A DNA stretch of 64,000 nucleotides from Polyangiaceae bacterium. Lineage in GTDB: Bacteria > Myxococcota_A > Polyangia > Polyangiales > Polyangiaceae. The translations under genes and the position numbers were made by a program. Positions 34,501 to 42,718 of this stretch are shown here, in pieces (positions within the stretch are counted from its first letter, which is position 1; every line of letters starts with the position of its first letter). The notes under the pieces were generated by a model, which saw nothing but the letters and a program-made list of their open reading frames with translations, had not been told where the DNA came from and searched no databases. The stretch lies in contig JBNKBE010000007.1 in the NCBI GenBank assembly GCA_050287085.1, positions 96,001 to 160,000 on the forward strand, in the 5' to 3' direction.

Positions 34501-35579
34501 CCATCCCGATTGCTTCGGTGGCTATCGTCCTCAATGGGGAGGTTGTCTCGGACAACTCCGAGGTCGACTGGGGTTCGCGCTACCTGCCCTGGCTTCGGGT
34601 CTACTGGGTTGATGATGCTTCCCGCGACGTGTTGTCCAATGTCGAGTGGGAGACCAGCAACATCGCGCAGAACGGACCGCAGATCGAATTCGATCAGGTC
34701 GGGTCAGCATCGCTGACAGGCACCTTTGCCAACAAGTCAGCAACCGTGAACTTTGATGTTCAGCCGTTGGCGTCCGACATATTCGCCGCTGTACCCCGGT
34801 TCGAAGCCTATCTGGAGGATGTCAGTCCAAGGACGGTGGGCGAGGTGCTAGCCACTCATGTTTATGCCGTAACCGAGCAGGCGACTTCGGATGTCTCCGC
34901 CGATGCGGTGTTCAGTGCAATCGGCGCTACGGCAACACCCGTCAATCAGGGCGAGAGCTCCTACTTTGATCTCGATCTTCATACCGTTGGCACTGTCGAG
35001 GTGACCGTATCGTGGGGCGGTTTGACGAAGGAGTATACAATCGAAGTCGTTCCCCAAGCGGTGCTGCGCATCGTCCCAGTGCAGCTGGCCCACCAGGTTG
35101 AGGTACGAGGTACCCTCGTGCTTTCGGCCCAGCTCGAGGTTGGCGAGACGATTACTCCGCTGCCCTCCGATGCCGTCACGTGGGGTTCCAGCTCTGAATC
35201 GCTGCCTGTCGTCGATGGAGCGGTGACCGGGGGTCCCATTGGGAGCTACACAGTCACGGCGTCATACGGCGAGCTGAACGCTGAGACAGAAGTAGAAGTC
35301 GTCCCGGTCTGGACGGTGTTGCCCGCATTCACTTCGATGCCCACTGAGAGCAGTCGCTATCTCCAGAGTGTGCTTGTCGACACCGGCTTCGGGGAGCCTA
35401 GTAGCGTCGAGATCGAGTTTGCAGGGTCCGGGGGGGCCATAGGCCACGATACCATCGACGGTCCCCGGGTGAGTGCGGGCATTGAGCCTGGCGTTGGCTA
35501 CTACGACCTGACTACGACGATCGGCAACGTGGCCTATACGCATCGAGAGACGGTCGAAGTCTACGTGCCGCAAGAGTGA
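31512..35579 (+). CDS. Large surface lipoprotein with Cys-rich N-domain and multiple Ig-like (Big_2) repeats
   Basis: Lipobox SMGC; repeated TWSSS..VA.V..G.V.....G.A.VTA units; 1355 aa. Confidence 0.85.
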   Translation: MFEQWLRHVGRYATLWTLVLGVLLSGSMGCKELDDSEAKGQVVLALQGDMSFPEDVDAVAVYAWLDGDLAFERTYRVAPSGPAKLPALVHLGEGYASGTPLVVRVYGLSEGHPIVVAKAETSVPEDREALLALSLHWLCREDLGEGELSELDGRCGGAKTCSAGACVSSKMPAEDLPDYESKLVYGAEGPDDPRAQCFPTAACFDLGEPLSADEDCVVTLFVPEGREPNFGLRMAEGEGGIEGDSGRYIALDEGSSGWALVVERDVEGGTEVKARLPQAACAELDEGTVADVLGTVACPTKVAALPTCGPWSIIEGEVVAVVLHSEPERDAGAQTESDSGSPDNGSPDSGADSPTLEIVLASGETLGPVALNATLALEVDGVDVEEATWSSSNEDVATVEDGVITTHALGEATIRVEFGGQWGEIVITVAESGLGTTLSAHLVALRLEVEGAELPESLIVNEELEVLAVGTYSNGVERELTDDVTWAATPAGLIEIVEPGVLLARSVGLVEVTASREGISVGTEILVVAPMAGGGDSDASAPPVAAPQRLTLSAAPEPLWPGQSFAFVATLIYDDNSVAVSPAGVQWQSADPSVALVSGTGVVTGVAAGTTFVTATLGAVSVSKAVAVTLPELVTLTVDPLEPLALHAFEQLKATGQYADGSQAELSDSVVWSSSDESIVRVSSGGLLSALGPGSAQVAAAVGGLSATLDVTVVTIDALTLSVQPVAPTPVGRQVQLSAVANANQGAPVDVTGQTTWISSDSSVVQVSADGLATAKGEGTTTVTASYEGVIAELEFTALAAVAEQLVVTPSSAKVGVGTSYALSATLRFSDGSTEPVGASATWSSSDSSIVTVGSTGVVSGVFAGTATVTASVGDLRASSAVTVENVVPDEPKPDLQIVPYGDGGLGRQGEVTAFVLVPARSDQSVPIPDYPSDSDSQRRLAAAIVPIDFSYTQAAEWSVNGGSVALDGPAYVHHTAARVVVTAVYEGFEYRYAFDSIPIASVAIVLNGEVVSDNSEVDWGSRYLPWLRVYWVDDASRDVLSNVEWETSNIAQNGPQIEFDQVGSASLTGTFANKSATVNFDVQPLASDIFAAVPRFEAYLEDVSPRTVGEVLATHVYAVTEQATSDVSADAVFSAIGATATPVNQGESSYFDLDLHTVGTVEVTVSWGGLTKEYTIEVVPQAVLRIVPVQLAHQVEVRGTLVLSAQLEVGETITPLPSDAVTWGSSSESLPVVDGAVTGGPIGSYTVTASYGELNAETEVEVVPVWTVLPAFTSMPTESSRYLQSVLVDTGFGEPSSVEIEFAGSGGAIGHDTIDGPRVSAGIEPGVGYYDLTTTIGNVAYTHRETVEVYVPQE

Positions 35580-35616
35580 GTTTGCGCGGTGCGCAGGACG
35601 TCGAGTGCTAAGATGA

Positions 35617-35653
35617 GGTGAAACAGCTCGTGTGACACGCGAGCTGTTTCACC
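35617..35653. terminator. 14-bp perfect inverted repeat between convergent genes
   Basis: GGTGAAACAGCTCG (35617-35630) pairs with CGAGCTGTTTCACC (35640-35653) and overlaps the TolC stop codon. Confidence 0.65.
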
Positions 35654-37079
35654 GCTGCGCTGGCGTAGCCGGCGCGGCTGTGGATCCAAGATCAGCTGCC
35701 CCGTCCGCCAGCGGCATTGCCGCAAGCTCTTCCAGTCTTGCCCATGCACGGGCATGGGCCGCCTGCGCTTGCGCCAGTTCGACACGAAGTTCGAGCGCTT
35801 CTTGCTCCAACTGGAGCGCCGCTGTCAGTGGCTCAGTTCCAGTCATCAGACCACCTAGAACTGACTGCAAAGTGGTACCGACCTGCGGCAGCAGCGCATC
35901 CTGCACCAAAGCGACTTGCCTTTGCGTATCGTCTACCTCGACGACTGTGGCGTGCAGCTCCCCCAAGAGCGCGTCCCGTTGGGATTGACTCTCTAGCAGC
36001 AAGGCGGCTGCATTGCCGCGTTTGGCTGCTGCTGCTTCGTCGTAGGCGTTTTGCCACAGTGGAATACTGACCGCGGCCGAGACCATGAAGGCGTCGTCAC
36101 CGGCGCGGGGAGGGGCTGGAGTCTGTTGCCCCTGCCCCACGACGAGCCATTCAGCGCCCAGTCCGAATTTGGGGTAGGCGGCGCTTGCTTCCGCTTCGCT
36201 CGCTCTGGTTTCTGCGCTAGCCTGGAGCGTTGACACTCTAAGGCGGGGGTGGTTTTCGACGTGGCGTGACAGAGCCTCGAGCGTGAACGTGGGGCTTCGG
36301 AGCGGCGGCGCGTCGAGCGCGCCCTCCAGAGCGGAGTTGGCGTGGCCCATGAGCGCCTGAAGTCGGGCCTTGAGACCACGCTCGACAGCAGCCAATCGTG
36401 CCAAGGTATCGTTTGTGCGTGTGGCGGCAAGACTCACGCGCCCAGAGTCAGCGATCGAAGCGCGACCAATCGCGATGCGTGCGTTTACAGAGCTCTGGAC
36501 CCCTTGCAACATGATCTGGTGGTCGTGGTGTAGGAGCTGCATGCGGCGGTTCAGCCACAACTGCCAGTAAAGGTCGCTCACCTGGCGGACCAGTCCCAGG
36601 GTGTCGGCATTGAGTTGCGCATGCACGGCTTCCGCGCGCAGCGCCGCCGCGTCAGCGCTGCGGCTCAAAGCGGTCGGCCACGGAAACCATTGCTGCACCC
36701 CAACGCGGGCGATCTGGGGCCCGAGGCGTGTTTCTATCGCGCTGAGAAAGTATCCGAACGTCAGCGTTGGTTCAGGCAGGCGCCGACTCGGAGCGATGGC
36801 GTGAACAGCCGCTTTCCAGCGCTGGAACGTGGCAGCGATGTGTGGGCTATGCTCCAGGGCCAGGCGAATACAAGATGCCAGCGGCGCGCGCCCCGTGGGC
36901 GTATTGGTAGTGGCCGCAGCATCGACTTGCGGCGCTTGGACCGGTCTTGCCGGAGCTGCGGTGTGCTTCACTTGGGCTCGCTCATCGAAAGCCGTTCGGA
37001 AGTTTTGCCTGGCGACCGACTCCTGAGAGGTCGCGCAGGCGGTGAGCAAGAGCCATCCAATCGACAAACTCGCCTTCAT
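35649..37079 (-). CDS. TolC-family outer membrane efflux protein (CusC/CzcC-like)
   Basis: Lipobox LTAC, ALEHSP, LPEPTL, QWFPW, ENHP.L, YPKF.LG, VSIPLW; two OEP repeats. Confidence 0.88.
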   Translation of the reverse strand: MKASLSIGWLLLTACATSQESVARQNFRTAFDERAQVKHTAAPARPVQAPQVDAAATTNTPTGRAPLASCIRLALEHSPHIAATFQRWKAAVHAIAPSRRLPEPTLTFGYFLSAIETRLGPQIARVGVQQWFPWPTALSRSADAAALRAEAVHAQLNADTLGLVRQVSDLYWQLWLNRRMQLLHHDHQIMLQGVQSSVNARIAIGRASIADSGRVSLAATRTNDTLARLAAVERGLKARLQALMGHANSALEGALDAPPLRSPTFTLEALSRHVENHPRLRVSTLQASAETRASEAEASAAYPKFGLGAEWLVVGQGQQTPAPPRAGDDAFMVSAAVSIPLWQNAYDEAAAAKRGNAAALLLESQSQRDALLGELHATVVEVDDTQRQVALVQDALLPQVGTTLQSVLGGLMTGTEPLTAALQLEQEALELRVELAQAQAAHARAWARLEELAAMPLADGAADLGSTAAPATPAQR

Positions 37080-37117
37080 GGTGCGCACAGTAGCGCGGCA
37101 GATGCGTCCAGTGCCAG

Positions 37118-38380
37118 GTGCTCAGTCGGCTTTCGCCTACGTTCGGAAGCTGCTACACGGCTCAGGTGCGCCTGCGAGTCTCTGGTTTTCTCCCCGGACC
37201 CCAACTTCCCACGACGCGCGGGGAGAAGGTTACGATTTGGGTGTTGGGCACGGCTCTCGGTAGCCTTTTTGTCGCGGAGCTGCTCAGTAACTTCACGCGC
37301 GATCGACTGAGCATGCTCTTCGTATTGTTGGCCTGGGGTCCCATGCTAGTGCTCCACGAAGCGGCCCATGCCATTGTCGCTCGCGCCCTGGGCTGGAGCG
37401 TGAGCGAGGTTGTAATTGGCTTCGGACGCGACATTTTCGCGTTTCGAGTGGGTGCGACCTTGGTGCGCGTGAAGTCGTTGCCGGTGGAAGGGTATGTCGT
37501 GCCCACGCCACAGAACCTGCGGCATGTGGGGCTGAAGAGCGCGCTTGTTTATGCCGCCGGTCCGGGTGCAGAACTGCTCTTTGTGGCCCTGGCGTGGCTG
37601 TGGGTGGGACCTGAGTTGCTACAGCGCGGTGGCTCCATCTCGGTTCTTGCGTGGCAAAGCGCTGCGCTTGCAGCGACCCTGGGTGCGCTCTTCAACTTGG
37701 TGCCGTACTCAAGCGGCCACGGGATGAGCGACGGCCTAGGGATCTTCATGAGCCTGATGGTCAAGCCGGAGCAGTTTGCGGTACGCCTTGCGGTGCCGGC
37801 GCTGCGCCGTATTCGCGATGCAGTGCACGGGGAACGCTACGCGGCCGCGCGCGCCGCGGCAGAGCTCATGCAAGAGCGTTTTCCCGGAGATGTTAGGGCG
37901 TTGGCTTATCTAGCCGTGTGTCAAGCCGCAGAGGGGGCGCAGGGTGACGCGCTCGACGCTTTGGAGGCACTGGGGCACCCGGACGATCAAGCCTCTGAGG
38001 TTCGCAACGAGATGCTGCTCTGTGCGGCCTGGGCCGTTCTATTGGGTACCGACAACACGCTCTTGCATCAGGCCGAACACGCTTGCCGTCGCGTGCTCGA
38101 GCGGGATCCTCAGAGCGCCCTCGCGCTGCTCTTGCTCGGTCGCGTGCAGCTTAGGCGCGGGCGGGAGGCGGATGCCGTGCAGGCGCTGCTCACGGGCTAT
38201 AGCTACGCTCGCGATCGCACCGAAGAGGCTCAATTCGCGGCATACCTCCTGCTAGGGGCTTTGGCGTCAGGCGACACGAACCTGGTCGACCGTTTCGCAC
38301 CTTTGGCCGACCAGCTATCTTTGGGACCCAGGCTTAGAACGGAGTTGGGTCTGGCTCTGGAAGCCCGTTCGGCCGTCTGA
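37118..38380 (+). CDS. Site-2 protease (M50) family metalloprotease with C-terminal TPR-like helices
   Basis: LHEAAH, IGFG, AAGP, FNLVP...SDG motifs; helical TPR-like tail. Start uncertain. Confidence 0.82.
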   Translation: MLSRLSPTFGSCYTAQVRLRVSGFLPGPQLPTTRGEKVTIWVLGTALGSLFVAELLSNFTRDRLSMLFVLLAWGPMLVLHEAAHAIVARALGWSVSEVVIGFGRDIFAFRVGATLVRVKSLPVEGYVVPTPQNLRHVGLKSALVYAAGPGAELLFVALAWLWVGPELLQRGGSISVLAWQSAALAATLGALFNLVPYSSGHGMSDGLGIFMSLMVKPEQFAVRLAVPALRRIRDAVHGERYAAARAAAELMQERFPGDVRALAYLAVCQAAEGAQGDALDALEALGHPDDQASEVRNEMLLCAAWAVLLGTDNTLLHQAEHACRRVLERDPQSALALLLLGRVQLRRGREADAVQALLTGYSYARDRTEEAQFAAYLLLGALASGDTNLVDRFAPLADQLSLGPRLRTELGLALEARSAV

Positions 38381-38394
38381 ACATGGGTGGGCCC

Positions 38395-39135
38395 TTAGGG
38401 GGACAGGTGGCGCGAAAGCGCGGAGATGGCATCGCCCGTGGCGCTACGGACTTGTCGCACGAAGTCGTCTTCGACCGTCGCAGCGAGAGTCTCCGACGTT
38501 CGCTTCGTGAGCTCAGCGCTACTGGCCGCGCTGAAGACCGACGAGCATAGCAGCGTTGCGTCACCCAATTCGAATAGTGCGACCATGCCTTGTACCCTTC
38601 CGCCGCGATAGCTTTCGCCTTGTACGCTTGGAAGCAGAAACTCGCTGAAGTCGAGGAGGACCAGGAAGGGACGTTTGTCCTTGAGGGTCTGGAACTGGCT
38701 CAGTTCCACAATGGCCTGCTCTTCACTGGTAACGTCCACGGTGACGTCTTCGAGCAGTCGATTGCGCAGGAAAGCCGTCTTGCCTCCAGCGGGTGTCGCC
38801 TGACCGCGCACCCAGTTTTCCATCTGTTCACGTGGCACGACCAATACCTTTGCACTGGCGTCTCCGAGCCGTTTGCGCATCCAGGCCTCATCACATGCTT
38901 GGGGATGGCTATCGGCCTGCGCTATCAGTGTTCTACTCAAAGCGTCACGAAGAGCATTTAGCTGTTTCGTCGCCGCGCCAGGGGTCGGGGGTGGCTTCTC
39001 TTGGGTGCATGCGGTCGCAAATAGCAACATGACGAGGAGAAGTAGCGCTTGCACTAGGGTGCCCAAGGGAGGCTTTGATCGGAGCGAGGCAGCGCAGTCT
39101 GCGCGGTGGGTTTCGTCGAGAAGGAAGCGGAGCAT
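38395..39135 (-). CDS. Hypothetical lipoprotein
   Basis: Hydrophobic stretch ending FATAC; no recognisable domain. Confidence 0.6.
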   Translation of the reverse strand: MLRFLLDETHRADCAASLRSKPPLGTLVQALLLLVMLLFATACTQEKPPPTPGAATKQLNALRDALSRTLIAQADSHPQACDEAWMRKRLGDASAKVLVVPREQMENWVRGQATPAGGKTAFLRNRLLEDVTVDVTSEEQAIVELSQFQTLKDKRPFLVLLDFSEFLLPSVQGESYRGGRVQGMVALFELGDATLLCSSVFSAASSAELTKRTSETLAATVEDDFVRQVRSATGDAISALSRHLSP

Positions 39136-39190
39136 GCTCCTTCACTCTACCGCAGGCTTGTGCGTGATGGCAAAGCGACGACAGGGGACT

Positions 39191-40225
39191 TCACACGAGG
39201 TGGTGGCGCGTCAAGTAAACACTGAGCACGCGCAGGTAGGCTGGATCGGCGAACCTGGCTGCGTGGGCGAGGCAAGAGTGGGCCAGCTTGATATCGTGTT
39301 CGTCCTCGAGCGTCGCAAGCGCCGAGGCCGCGACGGACGTGGCAGTGGGGGAGTGCGGTGGTGATCGTCCCAGTCCTGCACCCAGCTGCCGGGCCGCCCA
39401 GGGCTCCTCGAAGGGCGGGCAGTCCAAGCCAGCGTAGCCCACCGCCAGCCCGAAGGTCGCGAGGTCGCCGACATGTGGACCGAGCCAAGGAGCACAAACA
39501 CAAAGCGCGTGCAGGCCGGTAAGTAGGTGCAGCGCGAAGAAGTCGTGGGTCGTGTCGAAGAGCTGTAGGGCTATCCGCGTGGCGTCCGGCAATGGGCGTG
39601 CCGAGCGGGTAGTGGGCCGCAGCAGGCCGGCTTCCAGGAGGCTTTCGCAGCGGGACGAGAAGGTGCTGCCCGGGCGGGAGGGGGTGCTCCTGCGGAGCCG
39701 CGTGAGGTAGGTGGCCACGTCGACTTCGAGTCGAGGTCGGTCCAGAGCGCTTTGAACTCTCACATCGGGGCCCGAGCAAGCCAGCAGCGCAAGTCCGGCC
39801 GTGATCTCGGAGGCGACGCCAAACTCGATCCCGTATCCAAGGCGGATCAAAGGATGATAGGTGCTTGCTAGCCAGCCCGAGGCCAAGGGCGGTAGATACT
39901 CTCGCAAGCAGTTTCGTACGCCGAGGCGGCTGGCTTCCTGGGCAAAAAACTTCATGTAGCTCGGGTGAGCGTCCATGTCGCCCCAGTGGTTGGCCCACGT
40001 CTCCGGGGTCAGACGGATATGCGAGCCGGCGAGCGTTTCAAGCCGCGGGACGCAGCGCCAATACAGGCGATCGAGTTGTGTTTCGTCAGCGCCCAGGGCC
40101 CACAGGGCTAGAAGCGCCATCGGTGTGTGGTCGCTGAAGCCGTTGGGAGGATACCAGGGGCAATAGGATTGCGCATGGGTTGCGAGCCGTCGGTGCAGAA
40201 ACGCCGGAACCACCCTTTCAACCAT
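39191..40225 (-). CDS. Questin oxidase-like (DUF4243) protein
   Basis: GFSDHTPMALLALWALGA, HPLIRLGYG, FFALHLLTGLHA, DEHDIKL. Start uncertain. Confidence 0.75.
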   Translation of the reverse strand: MVERVVPAFLHRRLATHAQSYCPWYPPNGFSDHTPMALLALWALGADETQLDRLYWRCVPRLETLAGSHIRLTPETWANHWGDMDAHPSYMKFFAQEASRLGVRNCLREYLPPLASGWLASTYHPLIRLGYGIEFGVASEITAGLALLACSGPDVRVQSALDRPRLEVDVATYLTRLRRSTPSRPGSTFSSRCESLLEAGLLRPTTRSARPLPDATRIALQLFDTTHDFFALHLLTGLHALCVCAPWLGPHVGDLATFGLAVGYAGLDCPPFEEPWAARQLGAGLGRSPPHSPTATSVAASALATLEDEHDIKLAHSCLAHAARFADPAYLRVLSVYLTRHHLV

Positions 40226-40332
40226 GTCTGGAACATGTCGCGTCGGCTGCGTGCGCGCTAGCAGATGTTTCGGTGGCACTCCGGGCAATACCCGCCTGTC
40301 GCCGCGGACCGGGGCCCGATATACTTCCCTAC

Positions 40333-42711
40333 ATGCCCATCGTGGAGTTTCGCTATCTGACGGGGATCCGGGGCGCGTCTTTTTCCAATGCGCGGCTCCG
40401 CGGGAGCTGGGACGCGACGGGGCGCTTTGCTGTGCCTTGGACAGATCAACCGATGGAAGCGTTTACGGCTGAGGATGGATGCCCGGCCTTTCGAGCGAAT
40501 GTTAAGCTGCATCCAGATGGTCGTGGAGAGACCTTTCACTGGGGGGTGGTGCTTGCGGCGCCAGCCGGGGCCAACGTTTGGGGCATCCCCACCGAGCTGA
40601 ATGCGGCGGACTCGTTGGATCGCCATCGGAGCTTCCGACTGGGCGATGAGGCGTCGCAGCGTCAGGACTACTTTCTCACTTTTGCGCGACGATTGGGGGC
40701 TCGCAAGTACTGCACTTCGGCGGGCGTTCATGCGCACTTCTCTGTTTGGGCGCCCCACGCCCGCTCGGTGTCCGTTGTGTTTGCGGACTCCGAGCAGCCA
40801 TACATATCCGACGCTGGGCTCGGTGCCTTGGCGGGGCGCAGCCTCCCGCTCGTCCGCGCTCAAGACGGTGTTTGGCATGGGCGGAGCGAAGATACTTTTG
40901 TTGCCCTTGAGGGGGCTGCGTACATGTATCGGATTGTCGATGAGCAGGGGATCACACGCTTTCGCACGGACATCTTTTCCCGGCGTCAGGCCGGGTTCGG
41001 AAGGGTGAACCCGGAGGTGGAGGCTTGGGATCGCAGCACGGCCAGCCTGGACGGCTCAAAGAGCTGCAGCGTCGTCACGGCTCAGGATACGGTTTCGAGC
41101 ACGCTCGAAGTGGGTGGTCCGCGTGTAGCGCGTGAGGTGTTTTGGAAAGATGAGTTTGACCCCGCTCGCCCCGTGCCCACGCGGCTGGAAGACCTAATAG
41201 TCTACGAACTCCACGTGGGTGGATTGGGATATGGCAGAGCGGGTTCCGGCACGCTGCGTGACGCCATTCGATTCGTTGACCACCTTGCGCAACTTGGGGT
41301 CAATTGCGTAGAGCTCATGCCAATCAACGAATTTGGCGGCAACGCGGGCTGGGGCTACGGTCAGACGCACCACTGCGCTTTTGAGTCGAGCGCGGGCAGT
41401 CTCGACGACTATCGGCACTTCGTACGCACCTGTCATCAGCGCGGTATCGCCGTTATTCAGGACGTTTGTTACAACCACTACGATCCCGATGCGGAGCGGG
41501 CGCAGTGGCAATATGACTCCGCAGACCCAGAGCACAACATCTACTTCTGGTATGAGGGAAGCGTTGATGACCATCCTCACCCCGACGGCGGATTTCTAGA
41601 CAACGGCTCTTCCGGTTGGGCACCACGTTATCATGAGGAGGTGGTGCGCCAGCAATTCATTGCCAGCGCCGCGTTGTTGCTCGACGAGTGCCACGTGGAC
41701 GGATTTCGTGTTGACCTGACTCAGGCTTTTCATCGCGATAACGCGCTACATTCCAACGGACTTCAGGTCGACCGAGCCAATCAATACGGCCAGAAGCTGC
41801 TGCGGGAATGGTCGCGGACCTTGCGCCTCCTCAAACCGAGTGTACTGCTGATTGCCGAGGACCACACCGCTTGGACCAAGGTAACGGAGTCACCCGATCT
41901 CGGGGGGCTTGGTTTCACGGCTCGCTGGGAGGCTACCTTCTACCATCACCTGATTGGAGACAGCGATGCAGGAGGGGGTCGCGCGAGGATCCTGCGGAGT
42001 GCGGGGTTCGGTGGTGACGGTCCTCTGGGGCTTTTCGAGTTGGCGGGGGCGCTGCATGACAGCCAGTTCAATCGGGTCGTCTATCATGAATCGCACGACG
42101 AGGCGGGCAACGCTGGCCATAGTGCGCGCACGCTTGCAACGGCCGTGGCCGGGGCACCGCTGGTAGGTGCAACCCGACGCTACGCGGAAGCGAGAGCGCG
42201 ACTGGTGTTCAGCTTGTCGCTATTTTCGGCAGGCACACCTCTATTCTTCATGGGCGAGGAGCTAGGCTTCGTGGAGCCCTATCGTTTCGATGACTTCTTG
42301 CAGCATCGTGAGGACTTCGATGCTCTGCGATCGGGACAGGGCGCCGCCTTGTTTGCGTATTATCAAGATGCAATCGCTCTGCGGAAGCGGCGACCTGGGC
42401 TGCGTGCCCAGAATATCGACGTCATTCACGCCAATCCGGAGGGACGTGTGCTGGCCTTCACCCGTAGGTCCGGCGTCGACGAAACGCTGGTCGTAGCTTC
42501 ATTCAGCAATCGGCCCTACGATGCTGGCTACATCATTCAAACGGACGCTTCCAGGTTGCCGGATGGGTCGTATCGGGAGGTGTTGAGTAGCGATGGAGCT
42601 CGCTATGGAGGTTGGAATGTTGGCAACTATGGCGCAGCCATTCCAGCCAGTGGTGGGCGCTTTCAAGCCCGACTTCCGGCATGCGGCGTGTTGGTATTCC
42701 ACCGCATCTGA
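40333..42711 (+). CDS. GH13 alpha-amylase family enzyme (branching enzyme/TreZ-like, CBM48)
   Basis: FSVWAPHA, IVYELHVG, LGVNCVELMP, WGY, DVCYNH, catalytic DGFRVD / IAED / ESHDE, GTPLFFMGEE. Confidence 0.9.
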   Translation: MPIVEFRYLTGIRGASFSNARLRGSWDATGRFAVPWTDQPMEAFTAEDGCPAFRANVKLHPDGRGETFHWGVVLAAPAGANVWGIPTELNAADSLDRHRSFRLGDEASQRQDYFLTFARRLGARKYCTSAGVHAHFSVWAPHARSVSVVFADSEQPYISDAGLGALAGRSLPLVRAQDGVWHGRSEDTFVALEGAAYMYRIVDEQGITRFRTDIFSRRQAGFGRVNPEVEAWDRSTASLDGSKSCSVVTAQDTVSSTLEVGGPRVAREVFWKDEFDPARPVPTRLEDLIVYELHVGGLGYGRAGSGTLRDAIRFVDHLAQLGVNCVELMPINEFGGNAGWGYGQTHHCAFESSAGSLDDYRHFVRTCHQRGIAVIQDVCYNHYDPDAERAQWQYDSADPEHNIYFWYEGSVDDHPHPDGGFLDNGSSGWAPRYHEEVVRQQFIASAALLLDECHVDGFRVDLTQAFHRDNALHSNGLQVDRANQYGQKLLREWSRTLRLLKPSVLLIAEDHTAWTKVTESPDLGGLGFTARWEATFYHHLIGDSDAGGGRARILRSAGFGGDGPLGLFELAGALHDSQFNRVVYHESHDEAGNAGHSARTLATAVAGAPLVGATRRYAEARARLVFSLSLFSAGTPLFFMGEELGFVEPYRFDDFLQHREDFDALRSGQGAALFAYYQDAIALRKRRPGLRAQNIDVIHANPEGRVLAFTRRSGVDETLVVASFSNRPYDAGYIIQTDASRLPDGSYREVLSSDGARYGGWNVGNYGAAIPASGGRFQARLPACGVLVFHRI

Positions 42712-42718
42712 GCCGCAG

